Below are positions 40,811-53,580 of a stretch of 64,000 nucleotides of DNA, piece after piece. Position 1 is the stretch's first letter. Each line of letters starts with the position of its first letter. The notes under the pieces were generated by a model. The model did not search any database. It was not told the origin of the DNA and worked only from the letters and a program-made list of their open reading frames with translations. The position numbers were made by a program, and so were the translations under genes. Source of the stretch: Octopus sinensis (Eukaryota); NCBI RefSeq assembly GCF_006345805.1, contig NC_043005.1, positions 46,190,001 through 46,254,000 of the forward strand. Reading direction: 5' to 3'.

Positions 40811-41065
40811 ATGTATCCCATGCTGGAGCAGCACCTTAAAGGTTTTAATCTGGTACTTATTCTCTTCCGTTCCGTCTCCACCCTCTGTCTGTTGTCTGTC
40901 TCTCTTTTTCTCTGTCCTTGCTTAATCAATATATATATATATATATATATATTATAATATATATATAATATTATATATATATATATATAATATACTACGT
41001 GGCCTAACGTGTAGAAAACTAGTCAATAGACATATATTATTCATTATATATGCAGTGTACATTTA

Positions 41066-42510
41066 AACGAGATAACGAGTACGGTGGTCACTCTCGCCCG
41101 GCAATGGGCCGAGAGGAAACTGTCCCTAAAAGGTCAGGCGGAGGTAGCGAACACGTACATCGCGTCCATCATCTACTACCGCCCGACCCTACCATCACCA
41201 AACTAGAACGCATTCTCTTCCGCTTCTTGTAGAAAGGATGCGTCCCGATGGTCAGGCGATCCATTTGCTGTCAACACCCGTTAAAAGGAGGGCTGGGCAT
41301 GCCATGGTTGATGATGCGCAGACATGCGCTGAGACTGCGACATCTCCGGCTCTATGTAGACGACGGTGAACAGGTGTGGTCGCCGTTTGTGAGGCACGCG
41401 TTCCCGCAGCTCGTCTCCATGACAGAACTGCAGTCGTGGATCAAAAAGAGGCCGAGGAAGGGCGAATGGCACCGCGAGTGTCGCGTTGCTCTCAAGCAAC
41501 TCTGCCGTCCCGGGTCGACCTTGAGTGACTTCAACACAACCAAAGCATTCTATAGGGGATTAGTGGAGGGGAGGTACGACGACGATCTTGGGGCAAACCT
41601 GGGTGTCGACGAGGAATACCTGACCCGCCTGTTTGAAACGACTTTCGGGCCGGGACCTATGGACAACTTCCAGAGATCCCTGGCCTGGTGGTGCTACCGA
41701 GAAGCGCTGCCCGTTCGGGATAAGCTCTATAGGCATGGCTCGAGAAACACGGGCCGACCTGCCCGAGATGCGGGCAGAGCGACGAAAATGCTCTGCACGC
41801 AATCGTGCAGTGTCTAGCAATTTTCGACCTGTGGGCTTATGTCGAACGACTGCTGTTACGTGTGGGACGTGTCGGTTTATCAGCCGAGTCTATCGTTAAT
41901 ATCGTCACGCTTCCTTCCTTCAAACGAGAAGGAAGAGCTATTTTTATCATACTTGTGGCTATGGCGAAAGAATGTATCTGGTGGACGCGCCTGAAAGGAT
42001 TAGAGACAAACACTTTCCTCTCTGGTCAATCTCTCATCAACTTCTTCAAGTACACTGAAGAGAGGAAAGTGAGAGTAGAGAGGCAAGTTTTGTCTAGTGA
42101 TGTTTTAAAAAAAGATGGGTAAATAGCAAGGATGGCACGTATGAATGACGAAGCCACTTGACTATGATTCTATGAACCGTAAAAATTAATACAGAGAGTT
42201 GCTTATTGCAAAAAAAAAAAGAAATATAACATGTGACTTCATTGACCGAGGTTACGTGGCCTTTCCGTAGGCTTTTCTTTCCACGGGTAAACCTCACCTG
42301 TCCTCCCCTTTACACTTCATATTGACATTTCTGTGATAACGATCCCTATTGATCAATTTTTTTCCTTCCCTTTTTTTCTCCCCCCCTTTTTTGTCCTCTT
42401 TCTTTCCCTTTGATCGAAAACCAAACCCCCTTTTTTTAACCCCAAAAGAAAAGCTCTACTTTGTAATTTGTCCTGTCTGTGTGCAGCCCTGTGTGGCTAA
42501 TAAAGAAACA
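41066..42510 (+). mobile_element. Tx1/L1-clade LINE, 5'-truncated 3' fragment
   Basis: Highly similar to 45660-47193; ends CTAATAAAGAAACA followed by a short (TATC)n. Confidence 0.9.
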
Positions 42511-43057
42511 TATCTATCTACCTATCCATCTGTTAAAAAATACAACTCAGTCTGTCTTTTACATACACACACATATAAACACAAACACACACACACATAA
42601 ACGCACACACATACAAGCGCACGCACGCACACACACACATACACACACACACTTCACAAACATACACCCACTTACATCTATATACATATATATTCGCGCA
42701 CAAAAACGTGTTTGATAAAAACTGTGCTATTTTTTGTTTCCTGTGATGTTCGATGCAAAGATCGTTTGTTACAGAGAAGAGGTCAGTGAGACACAGACAG
42801 ACTACAAAAGAATGTCGACGCACGGAGCCTTTGTTGGATTTGTCCCACTAACCTTTTTCTTCTTTCCGAACGATCTTTCCGGTGATAAATCAGAGAAAAA
42901 AAAAAAGAAAACAAAAAAGAAGAAAAGGAGCATTCAAAACAATAAGACTTGTTTTTATAGAACGAATTACTGGGAGATGAAGTCTTTTCAAATATTGTTC
43001 CCAGCTCAAATCACATATAAAGAAAAGAATAAATCAAAAACAAACAAAACATATCTA

Positions 43058-43094
<37 letters not shown>

Positions 43095-43198
43095 ATCTAT
43101 CTATCTATCTATCTATCTTATCTATCATCTATCTATCTATCTAGCTATCATCTATAACTATCTACCTACCTACGATCTACATCTATCTACTATCTCAC

Positions 43199-43246
<48 letters not shown>

Positions 43247-43302
43247 TCTATCAATCTATCTATCTATCTATCTATCGATCTATCTATCTATCTATCTATC
43301 TA

Positions 43303-46300
43303 CTAAAGCAAAAAACTTTCGAGCAGTAAGTAACCCTCTGTATTCTAATTCATTAGAACTATGATCAAGATTGGTTGTGTAAATGCGCGTGGCTTGGGGG
43401 TCCCCTTGGAACAAGGGTACCTCTAAATGACATAAGTCACATAAGTTAGAAATCATAGCCATAAGCGAGACCAGACTCCACAATCCGCGGGCCCTAAAGA
43501 CCATGTTTGGCGGACAGTTCAACATTTATTTTTCCCCCTGTCTGCCGAGAATGGGGGTAGTGGCACCGCGGTACTTTTTCACAAGAGTCTGGATCTCAAT
43601 GTAAGGACAATATTCGTAGACCGGAGGGTAGACTGGTCGTCCTGGATGTCGACGGCAGCAATGGGTGCGCTTTTCGGCTCGTATCAGTTTACGCACCGCC
43701 CTTAACAGGTCGGGCGGATTTCTTTCAACGTCTAGAAGTTTTCTTGGAACGTCCGTCCTTTTACTCTTAGTGGGGGATTGGAATGCTACCTGGACACGCA
43801 TGTAGACTACGTGGGTAGAGATAGGAATAGACGGGGATGCAAATGCCTCAGAGACCTGCTCAGACGCTTTCAACTGTCTGACAGGTTTCCGACTAGACCA
43901 CCCGAATGCGCCAACGTGGACATGGAGCAACCGCATCGGGTCGTCGAGATCGTATCTAGATAGGATACTGTGTAGGACAGTAGATAGAGATAGCATAGGA
44001 TGTCCACAATTCCACATAGTCAGCTACACGGATCACAAACTTGTGACATGTACGCTAGACTTAGGTAAGACACTTAGGCAGGGTCCCGGATACTGGAAAC
44101 TAAACGCGTCTTTCCATCGAGACAAGTTTTCAGAGACCGGATTAGCACACTAGTAAAGAGGGCTTTGACGGGAGCCATCATCAACAACAAATGGTGGTTT
44201 GCCCTCAGAAGGCAGTAGAAGAAAAAGCAGAAGCGATTAGGTACAGCAAAGCACGCCATAGATAGAAATAGAGTAGAGGGTGAGCTAGTTAAGAAGCTAG
44301 AAGAGGCAATTAGAAGCGGCATCGCATCCGACGTTTTGGCGGCGAGGTTGGCCCTCGACCAACACTTCAACGCCAAACACGAAGGATGTGCTGTCAGAGC
44401 TAGGATGCGTGTGCTAAGGAACGAAGGTGTTGGAGCCGCGAGAGAGGCCCGGGTGGCAGAGGCGCAACAGGGCAACAAAGCCACCATTCGGTCACTGGTA
44501 GATGAACAGGGGCGCGAATTGCTCGAGCCAAGTAAAATGTGTGAGGCCTTTCAGCAGCATTTTGCCCGACTGTTCGGAACGAGTGGAGGGCAAGAACGTA
44601 GGGTGGACTTCAGTGCCTACCTACATAGCCTACCACGACTCTCGACAAGAAAGGCAGGGTGCTGCGAAGGTGCCATCACGGCGGCGGAAGTGCGGGAAGC
44701 GATGGCAGAATGCTCGAGGGACAAATCACCGGGTTTGGATGGTCTACCCTACGAGCTTTACAATTGTATGCCAGACTTGTTTGGAGATCTCTTGGCGGCG
44801 GTGTACTGCAACTGGCAGCAAAACGGGAGCATTCCTGGTTTTGTGAGCCGAGGAGCCGTAACACTGCTGAAGAAAGATCTAAACAAGGGAAATGTAATAG
44901 ATAACTTTAGGCCCATCACTCTGCTTAATGCAGACTTGAAAATTTTGGCCAAGGTGCTAGCCAAGAGGTTGGCGCTTGTCATCGAGAAACTGGTCGACAA
45001 GGCGCAAACATGCGCCGTGCCAGGCCGGACCATCCATGACAACCTCCATCTGATGCGCTACATCATAGACAGGGTAGTTAACGAACCTGGCATGGGTGGG
45101 GCCCTGATCAACTTGGATCAATCAAAAGCCTTTGATAGGGTAGACCATCGATACTTGGAGGCAGTCCTGAGAGCGGCTGGTTTCGGTCCCGTCTTCCGCG
45201 GCTGGATAGCTGCCTTGTACAGAGGCATCCGTTCGGTAATTCGCGTAAATGGACATCTATCGAGACCTTTCGACATTGCACGTTCGGTCCGTCAGGGATG
45301 CCCCCTCTCGGCGCTTCTATACGTATTGACTCTTGAGCCACTACTGCGGAAGCTGGCGACTCTAAGGGGCATCCCGCGAGAATTGGGATGCGGGACGAGC
45401 GTGTCTGCATACGCGGACGACGTCACCGTCATAGTGTCTAGCCACGAGCACATCGAGCTGGTCGGCGAGACACTGAAAAACTACGAAGCGGTGACAGGAG
45501 CGAAAATCAACCGGGAAAAGTCAGTGGGCTTGCGACTAGGCACCTGGAGAAGCAAGCCCATGCCGTCCACCAGCGCCTCCGTCGTGGGACGCTGGACCGA
45601 CGGCCCGGTGAGTTGCTCGGGGTCTGGTTTGGTCCGGACCTCCAAGTGGAGAAGAACTGGAACGAGATAACGAGTAGGGTGGTCACTCTCGCCCGGCAAT
45701 GGGCCGAGAGGAAACTGTCCCTAAAAGGTCGAGCGGAGGTGGCGAACACGTACATCGCGTCCGTCATCTACTACCGCCTGACCGTCGTACCTTGTCCCGA
45801 CCCTACCATCACCAAACTACAACGCATCCTCTTTCGCTTCTTGTGGAAAGGATGCGTCCCGATGGTCAGGCGATCCATTTGCTGTCAACACCCGTTAAAA
45901 GGAGGGCTGGGCATGCCGTGGTTGATGATGCGCAGACACGCGCTGAGACTGCGACATCTCTGGCTCTATGTAGACGACGGTGAACAGGTGTGGTCGCCGT
46001 TTGTGAGGCACGCTTTCCCGCAGCTCGTCTCCATGACCGAACTGCAGTCGTGGATCAAAAAGAGGCCGAGGAAGGGCGAATGGCACCGCGAGTGTCGCGT
46101 TGCTCTCAAGCAACTCTGCCGTCCTGGGTCGACCTTAAGTGACTTCAACACAACCAAAGCATTCTATAGGGGTTTAGTGGAGGGGAGGTACGACGACGAG
46201 CTCGGGGCGAACCTGGACGTCGACGAGGAGTACCTGACCCGCCTGTCGGGACGACTTTCGGGCCAGGGCCCATGGACAACTTCCAGAGATCCCTGGCCTG

Positions 46301-47193
46301 GCAGTGCTACCGAGAAGCGCTACCCGTTCGGGATAAGCTCTACAGACACGGCTCGAGAAACACGGGGCCGACCTGCCCGAGATGCGGTCAGAGCGACGAA
46401 ACCGTTCTGCACGCACTCGTTCAGTGTCCAACAATTTCCGACCTGTGGGCTTATGTCGAACAACTGCTGTCACGTGTGGGACGAGTCGGTTTATCAGCTG
46501 AGTCTATCGTCAATATTGTCACGCCTCCTTCCTTCAAACGGGAAGGAAGAGCTATTTTCATCATCCTTGTGGCTATGGCGAAAGAATGTATCTGGTGGAC
46601 GCGTCTGAAAGGATTGGAGACAAACACTTTCCTCTCTGGTCAATCTCTCATCAACTTCTTCAAGTACCACTTGAAAAGGAAAGTGAGAGTAGAGAGGCAA
46701 GTTTGTCTAGCGAATGTTTTAAAAAAAGATGGGTGAATGTAGCAAGAATGGCACGTATGAATGACGAAGCCACCTTGAGCATAGTCCTATGAACCCAGAA
46801 ATCGAAAACAGAGAGTTGCTTATTTGCAAAAAAAAAAAAAAAAAAAAAGAAATATAAAATGTGACTTCATTGACCGAGGTTACCGTGGTCTTTTCCGCAG
46901 GCTTTTCTTCCACGGGTAAACCTCACCTGTCCTCCCCTTTACACTTCATATTGACATTTCTGTGATAACGATCCCTATTGATCATTTTTTTTTCCTCTCC
47001 CCCCCCTTTTTTTTTTTTTTTTTTTTTTATAACCCCCCTTATTTTGTCCTCTTTCTCTCCTTTTACGATCCCTTTTGATCGAACCTCCCCCTTCCTTTTT
47101 TTTTTTTTTTTTTTTTTTTTTAATACCTTCAAAAGAAAAGCTCTACCTTGTAATTTGTTCTGTGTGCAGCCCTGTGTGGCTAATAAAGAAACA
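43303..47193 (+). mobile_element. Tx1/L1-clade LINE (ORF2 plus 3' UTR; ORF1 absent)
   Basis: APE + RT + zinc knuckle; T-rich 3' UTR; AATAAA near the end; (CTAT)n on both flanks. Confidence 0.92.
43361..46792 (+). pseudogene. Frameshifted ORF2 (AP endonuclease, reverse transcriptase, CCHC)
   Basis: MIKIGCVNARGL; SPGLDGLPYELY; FRPITLLNADLKILAK; LDQSKAFDRVDH; VRQGCPLS; AYADDV; CPRCGQSDETVLHALVQC. Confidence 0.92.
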
Positions 47194-47255
47194 TATCTAT
47201 CTATCTATCTATCTATCTATCTACCTACTATCTATCTATCTATCTATCTATCTAC

Positions 47256-47302
<47 letters not shown>

Positions 47303-47414
47303 ATATCTATCTCCTATCTATCTACCTACCTACCTAGATCATCTATCATCTATCTATCTATCTATCTATCTACTACTATCTATATGTATCTATCTACTAT
47401 CTATCTATCTCCCT

Positions 47415-47445
<31 letters not shown>

Positions 47446-47450
47446 CTATA
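47194..47450. repeat. (CTAT)n microsatellite; matching tract at 43052-43302
   Basis: Direct inspection. Confidence 0.95.
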
Positions 47451-47673
47451 TACATACATACATACTTACATACATAAGTCTGTCTGTCTGTCTGTATGTA
47501 TTGTATGTAATTATTATGTCTATACTCTCTTACTCTTCACTTGTTTTAGTCATTTTTGACTGCGCCATGCTGGAGCACCCGCCTTTAATCGAAACAAAAC
47601 AGGCACCCTATATAAGTATATAATGCATACATATATAGAAATGAAAATGTATGTATATGTATAAGATATATAT

Positions 47674-47730
<57 letters not shown>

Positions 47731-47989
47731 TATATAATATATGTATGTATATATATATATATATATTATATATAGATATATATATAATATTATATATATA
47801 TATAAATGTATATATGTATATATATATAAATGTATACGTATGTATATGTATATACGTATACTTACATGTATATGAATGTATGTATATGTATGTAAATGCA
47901 GACACATTTACATACATGCTTATATATGAGTATACATACATATAATATATATATATATATATAAGAGAGTTCACGAGAAAAAAAAACAA

Positions 47990-48520
47990 AAGACGAAGAC
48001 AGGTGGAGTAGAAAACAAACAGATATGTTAGTATAATGCTCAGGAATAGAAAAGGTCTTTAACGTTTCGAGCATATGCTCTTCTACTGAAAGGGACACAG
48101 AAAAAAAAAACAAGGAGAGAAGCAAGGAGAGAAAAAATGTGTGTAGTGGCTACTGATCTATCATGTATAAATATAAATATATGTGTGTGTGTGTGCGTAT
48201 TGAAGAGCGTAGGCTCAAAACGTAAAAGACTTTTTCATTTTTCATTTTCCGAGCGTCAAATTAATACACCTGCTTGTTATTCATACACCTGTCTTCATCT
48301 TTTGTTCTTCTATAAATTTCATTATTATATATATTTCCAAAATGTAACTACATGTGGATTCTTGGCGATTTTTCCCCTTCTTCTTCTTTTCTCTTGAACT
48401 TTTCTTTGTCTCCTGTTTCTGAAGAAGAGCTTTGTACGAAACGTAAAAACCCTTTCTTTCCTTCCCTAAGCATCTTTGAATATCTTGCACCCCCCATATC
48501 CTCGCGTTGTTTTTTTGTCT
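47990..48520. mobile_element. Cluster of Penelope-like terminal remnants with three degenerate hammerhead motifs
   Basis: 48055-48096 (-), 48200-48230 (+), 48415-48450 (+): GAGC..GCTC stem followed by GAAACGT(A/T). Confidence 0.5.
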
Positions 48521-48914
48521 TGTTGTTTTTTACTTGTTTTTTAAAATTATTTTGGATTATATATATATATATGTATGTATATGAATCAGTTTAATACACA
48601 ACTGAAAGAGCTACAAATTGTTTCATACTTTTATGATACTTTAACTAGGCATGTTGTGTAAAATAAGCCATGTATCTCCAAGGAATCTTTCAGGCTCTGT
48701 TTATGCGTCATATATATATATATATATACATATATATAATATATATATATATATATATTATATTAAAAGTAAGGACGTGGACAGTGAGAAAATAAGAAAA
48801 TAAGATAGCAAAATAAAACCTTTGAGAATTTCAACACGCTGCTTAATTCCAGATAGGAAATTTTTAAAAGGTGTAAACACATTGACAAGTTTCTTTTGTC
48901 GAAATGGAGGTTAC

Positions 48915-49117
48915 CATTCGCTCCGGATTAAGTTGCTGTCTCGCAGACTTTGACATATTTTCTGTTGTTTTGTTCTATACCAGCTGTATTTAATTTTGGT
49001 TTCTGCAATTAGGGAGGACGGGGATCCGTTTCTGTGTTCTCGTTCCATTTTTTGCATCAACCTTATTCGCACTTTTTTTCTCAGTTTTTTTCTTCTTATT
49101 TTCTCATTGTCCACAAT
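48915..49117 (-). CDS. Candidate exon (IVDNEKIRRKKLRKKVRIRLMQKMEREHRNG...NLIRSE)
   Basis: 67 open codons; ag| acceptor at 49118 and |gtaacc donor just before the in-frame stop; no homology recognised. Confidence 0.25.
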
Positions 49118-49930
49118 CTTTATTTACAAAGGAAATAAATGTTTCGTCAAAAATTATATATTTTCGAACCCATGCGTCAATGGGATACTATTGAAGAGCG
49201 TTATTTCCTTTCGTTTAGAAACAAAGGTTTCTAATTAAGTATTAGGGACTTATCTAGGAATGAGACAATGACTATCGGAAATAAATCCGATGGGAACGTA
49301 GGTTTTGTACGTGTCCTCGACTGTCTTCTTATATCCACGCAATAAGCTTATCCTTTTCCATATTGCCATGTCAGTTTTGGAGAAACTTTTGATACTTGTG
49401 ATGATCTCCCCTCCTCATATGGCACTGGTCTCATTTGTCAGCTGGGAATTACAACACAACCTCTAGAGGTAGAGATAGTTTTAATAAATCAAGACTTTAT
49501 GTTGTATGTTATTTGATATGTCTGCATTTGTCTATGTTGTTCATATGGATAACTCTGCATTATTTCTCGTAACTAGTTTTTGTTTTATTTGTATAAATAT
49601 ATACGTATGCATGCCAGAACACTCTTAGTGCTATTGATAACATAACTCAGTATAACCTGCTGCGTAATCGGGCCATCGGTGACTAAATTGGCAACCCTAC
49701 CAATCCTGTTTTGTAATGATGATGGCCTTCGTTAGAGATCCTGCAGAACGAAAAACAAAGTTTTTCAAAGGACAGATGAACTCAGCTGCGTCAATAGGCA
49801 TCCGACAGTTGAAAATGAGAGACCCAGTAGTCTTTGTTTAGACATCTTTTCAGGACAGTGGTTCTGAACCGGGGTCCATATGACCGCTGGTAGTAGACCC
49901 CCTTCGGTCATGAATGGTGGATATATATAT

Positions 49931-49949
<19 letters not shown>

Positions 49950-49964
<15 letters not shown>

Positions 49965-50711
49965 GGTGTGTGTGTGTGTGTGTGTGGTGTGTGTGTGTGT
50001 TTGTGTTTGTCTCCTCAACATCGCTTGACAACCGATGCTGGTGTGTTTACGTCTCCGTAACTTAGCGGTTCGGCAAAAAGAGACCGATAGAATAAGTACC
50101 AGGCTTACAAAGAATAAGTTCTGGGGTCAATTTTCACGACTAAAGGCGTTGCTCCAGCATGGCCGCAGCCAAATGACTGATACAAGTAAAAGAGTAAAAA
50201 AGAGTAAAAGAGACCACTGCCTTGAAAAGATTCTGTAACTTCTCAAATAACAGAAGTTCACACTAGACATCTAATCCTCGACGATCACTAAAACGATGGG
50301 TTGTCATTTGAAATACTTTTGGGCAGCGCTCTGTCCGATCGGGATCGACTTGAGAAACAAGCATACACGTACACGCATGCACACATAATAGGTTGCAAAC
50401 AAAAGATATCTCTTCTGATTACTTATCCGTTGTATTACATGCTGCTAAGGATGCGAATACTTGCATATTAATATAGTTATGGTGATGCGAATAGGAAAAA
50501 ATAGAACTCAAATTATGGGTGTATGCTCTTTCACTTGTTTCAGTCACTTGACTGCGGTTAAGCTGGAGCACCGCCTTGAGTCGAACAAATCGACCTCAGG
50601 ACATATTCTTTGTAAGCCTAGTACTTATTCTATTGGACTCTTTTGTCGAACCGCTAAGTTACGGGAACGTAAACACCAACATCGGTTGTCAAAGCGATGG
50701 TGGGAGGGCAA

Positions 50712-50743
<32 letters not shown>

Positions 50744-50920
50744 ACAATCACACACATACGACGGCTTCTTTCAGTTTCCGTCTACCAAAATCCACTCTCA
50801 ATGCCTTGGTCAGCCCGACGCTATAATAGAAGACATTGGTCCAAGGTACCACGCAGTGGGACTGAACCCGGAACCATGTGGTTGGGAAGCAAGATTCTTA
50901 CCACACAGCCACGCGGCGCC
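49950..50920. mobile_element. Two SINE family-3 copies in inverted orientation (49950-50215 +; 50526-50920 -)
   Basis: Family-3 tail and head motifs. Confidence 0.85.
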
Positions 50921-51049
50921 TATGTATATTTTTTTGTTATATTTAGCGGAAGCAAAATAATGACAGTTTTGTGTGCAGGCACTTATCAAACATATTAATA
51001 TATACATTATACATATACAACCATATACACATCTTTGCTCTTTTCCTCC

Positions 51050-51076
51050 CACCTTTTCTCTCTCTCTCTCTCTCTT

Positions 51077-51121
<45 letters not shown>

Positions 51122-51408
51122 AATACAACCCACTCCACCCCACACGCACGCACACATACATACACACATATAACTGCACCCACTCGCGCACTCACAAAGG
51201 CAAAATTTAAGCCATACATGTTTATAAACGAACACACACACGCACCACATATACATACAGGCTCATACATAGACACACTCTCACACATACACACAGACAC
51301 ATACATACATAGGCAAATACACATATTCATGCTCACACATATCACACATATACCCACATATATTCTATGCTTACATATTTATTTTCACATATACACACAA
51401 CGACATTC

Positions 51409-51469
<61 letters not shown>

Positions 51470-51495
51470 TATTATATATAATAATTATATATATG

Positions 51496-51546
<51 letters not shown>

Positions 51547-51768
51547 ATATAAATATTAATATAGTAAGATATATATATATACATACATATATATTATATA
51601 TATGTATATATACATATAATATATATATATACACCCACCCAGCCACCCAGCCACCCACACACATATATGCATATATACATATATAGATGTCCCATTTTTG
51701 TATTTTATATATATATATTTATATGTATGTATCTATCTATATCTATATCTATCTATGTATATATCTAT

Positions 51769-51823
<55 letters not shown>

Positions 51824-51897
51824 ATACACACGAATTCACAAATGCATTCAAATGCCAAATTCCATGCATACATATTTGCACACGCTCTATTACACAT

Positions 51898-51936
<39 letters not shown>

Positions 51937-52075
51937 ACACACACACACAAATACTGACACATTTATGCAATCACTTCTACTCACTTTCATACATAGAATC
52001 ACACCCGGAGACCCCATCCACTTTTTCAACATAACCAGCCACCCTGGACAGTTACACACACTCGCACGCACGCAC

Positions 52076-52114
<39 letters not shown>

Positions 52115-52744
52115 CGCATAAATTGATGCATAAACTGATGTACAGCCACACATACACACACACACTCTGTCTCTCTTTCTCTCTCTCTCTCCTCCCTCTC
52201 TCACACATGCACACATACACACTCTTACACACTTACACAAACATACTCTCTCTCCCTCCCTCTCTTCCTCTCTCTTTCTTTACATCTCTTTCCTTTTTTC
52301 ACATACATTGCACATACACACACGCACATGCACGCTCTTTATCTCATTGTTACTCTCACACGTATCACTCACACACATACACAAACACACGCACACATAC
52401 ATACACACATACACACGCACTCTCTTTCTCTGCATCTCTTTTCTTTCACACACACATACACACGCTCTTTGTCTCTGTCTTTTTCTCACATATACACATG
52501 CACAAAGTCTCCTCTCTCTCTCCCTTCACACACACCCGCATACACATAAACGCAATCACACACAATCACACATACACACACACACACACACGCGCATACT
52601 TTTTGTCTCTTTCCTTCTCTCACACATACATGCTCACACGCATACACATACACACGCTCACTTTTTCGATCTCTCTCACCTCTCTCAAACACACACACAC
52701 ATACACACACATACACACACGAGCACATAAACACACAAACATAA

Positions 52745-52788
<44 letters not shown>

Positions 52789-53272
52789 CCTTCCCCCCGT
52801 CACTTTGAAAGAGTCATTTCGTCTTCGTCGTTACGAAAGACATATCAACAGCTTCAGTGAAGTGTCGAAGCGATTTATTAACGTTTCTTATTGTCGACTC
52901 TGATATTTCGCAAGATTTTATATTTCTGAATTCTGAATGAAAATTCTTCGCTTGAAGTCCCGATTCCTAGTATGTTAGTATTTCAAGGGTCGAGGCTGAA
53001 TTGCAATAAATTATATAAACAGCACAAGTTCAATGAGACTATAAAACTATCACATCTTTACATAATGAAATATGGTTCATTTTCTGGCACATTCTACGCT
53101 TTCTTTTATTTATTCTCAAACGTTGACAGAATGCTAGCAAGGACACTTTGATGGCATGTAACCCAGAACAATCTAGTAAAAGACACTGTTTGAAGTATAA
53201 GAGATGGAACGAGAAAGTATGTGCGTATGTGTGCGTGTGTGTGTGTGTGTGTATGTGCGTGTGTATGTGAGG

Positions 53273-53316
<44 letters not shown>

Positions 53317-53580
53317 AAGAGAGAGAGAGAGGGGGGAAGAGAGAGAGAGAAAAGTGGCGGGAAAGAGAAAGAACGAAAATGGATGAAAGAAATAGTGTGT
53401 TAGAGAAACTGAGAGAGAGAGAAGCGGGGAAGGAGCGTTAGAAAGATTCAAGTAATGGATGAAAAGGAGAGAGAGAGAGAGATAGAGATAGAGAGAGAGA
53501 ATGAGGGGGTGGGAGAGACGGAGAGAGAAATAAAAATAAAAAGTGAGTGGGGAGAGTGGAGAGAAAAAGATGGAGAGTGA
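51050..53580. repeat. Low-complexity (CT)n/(CA)n/(TA)n/(GA)n region
   Basis: Direct inspection. Confidence 0.9.

Noticed and set aside
43526-45767. Minus-strand ORFs overlapping the LINE
   Set aside because: Antisense frames of GC-richer ORF2 sequence with no independent evidence.
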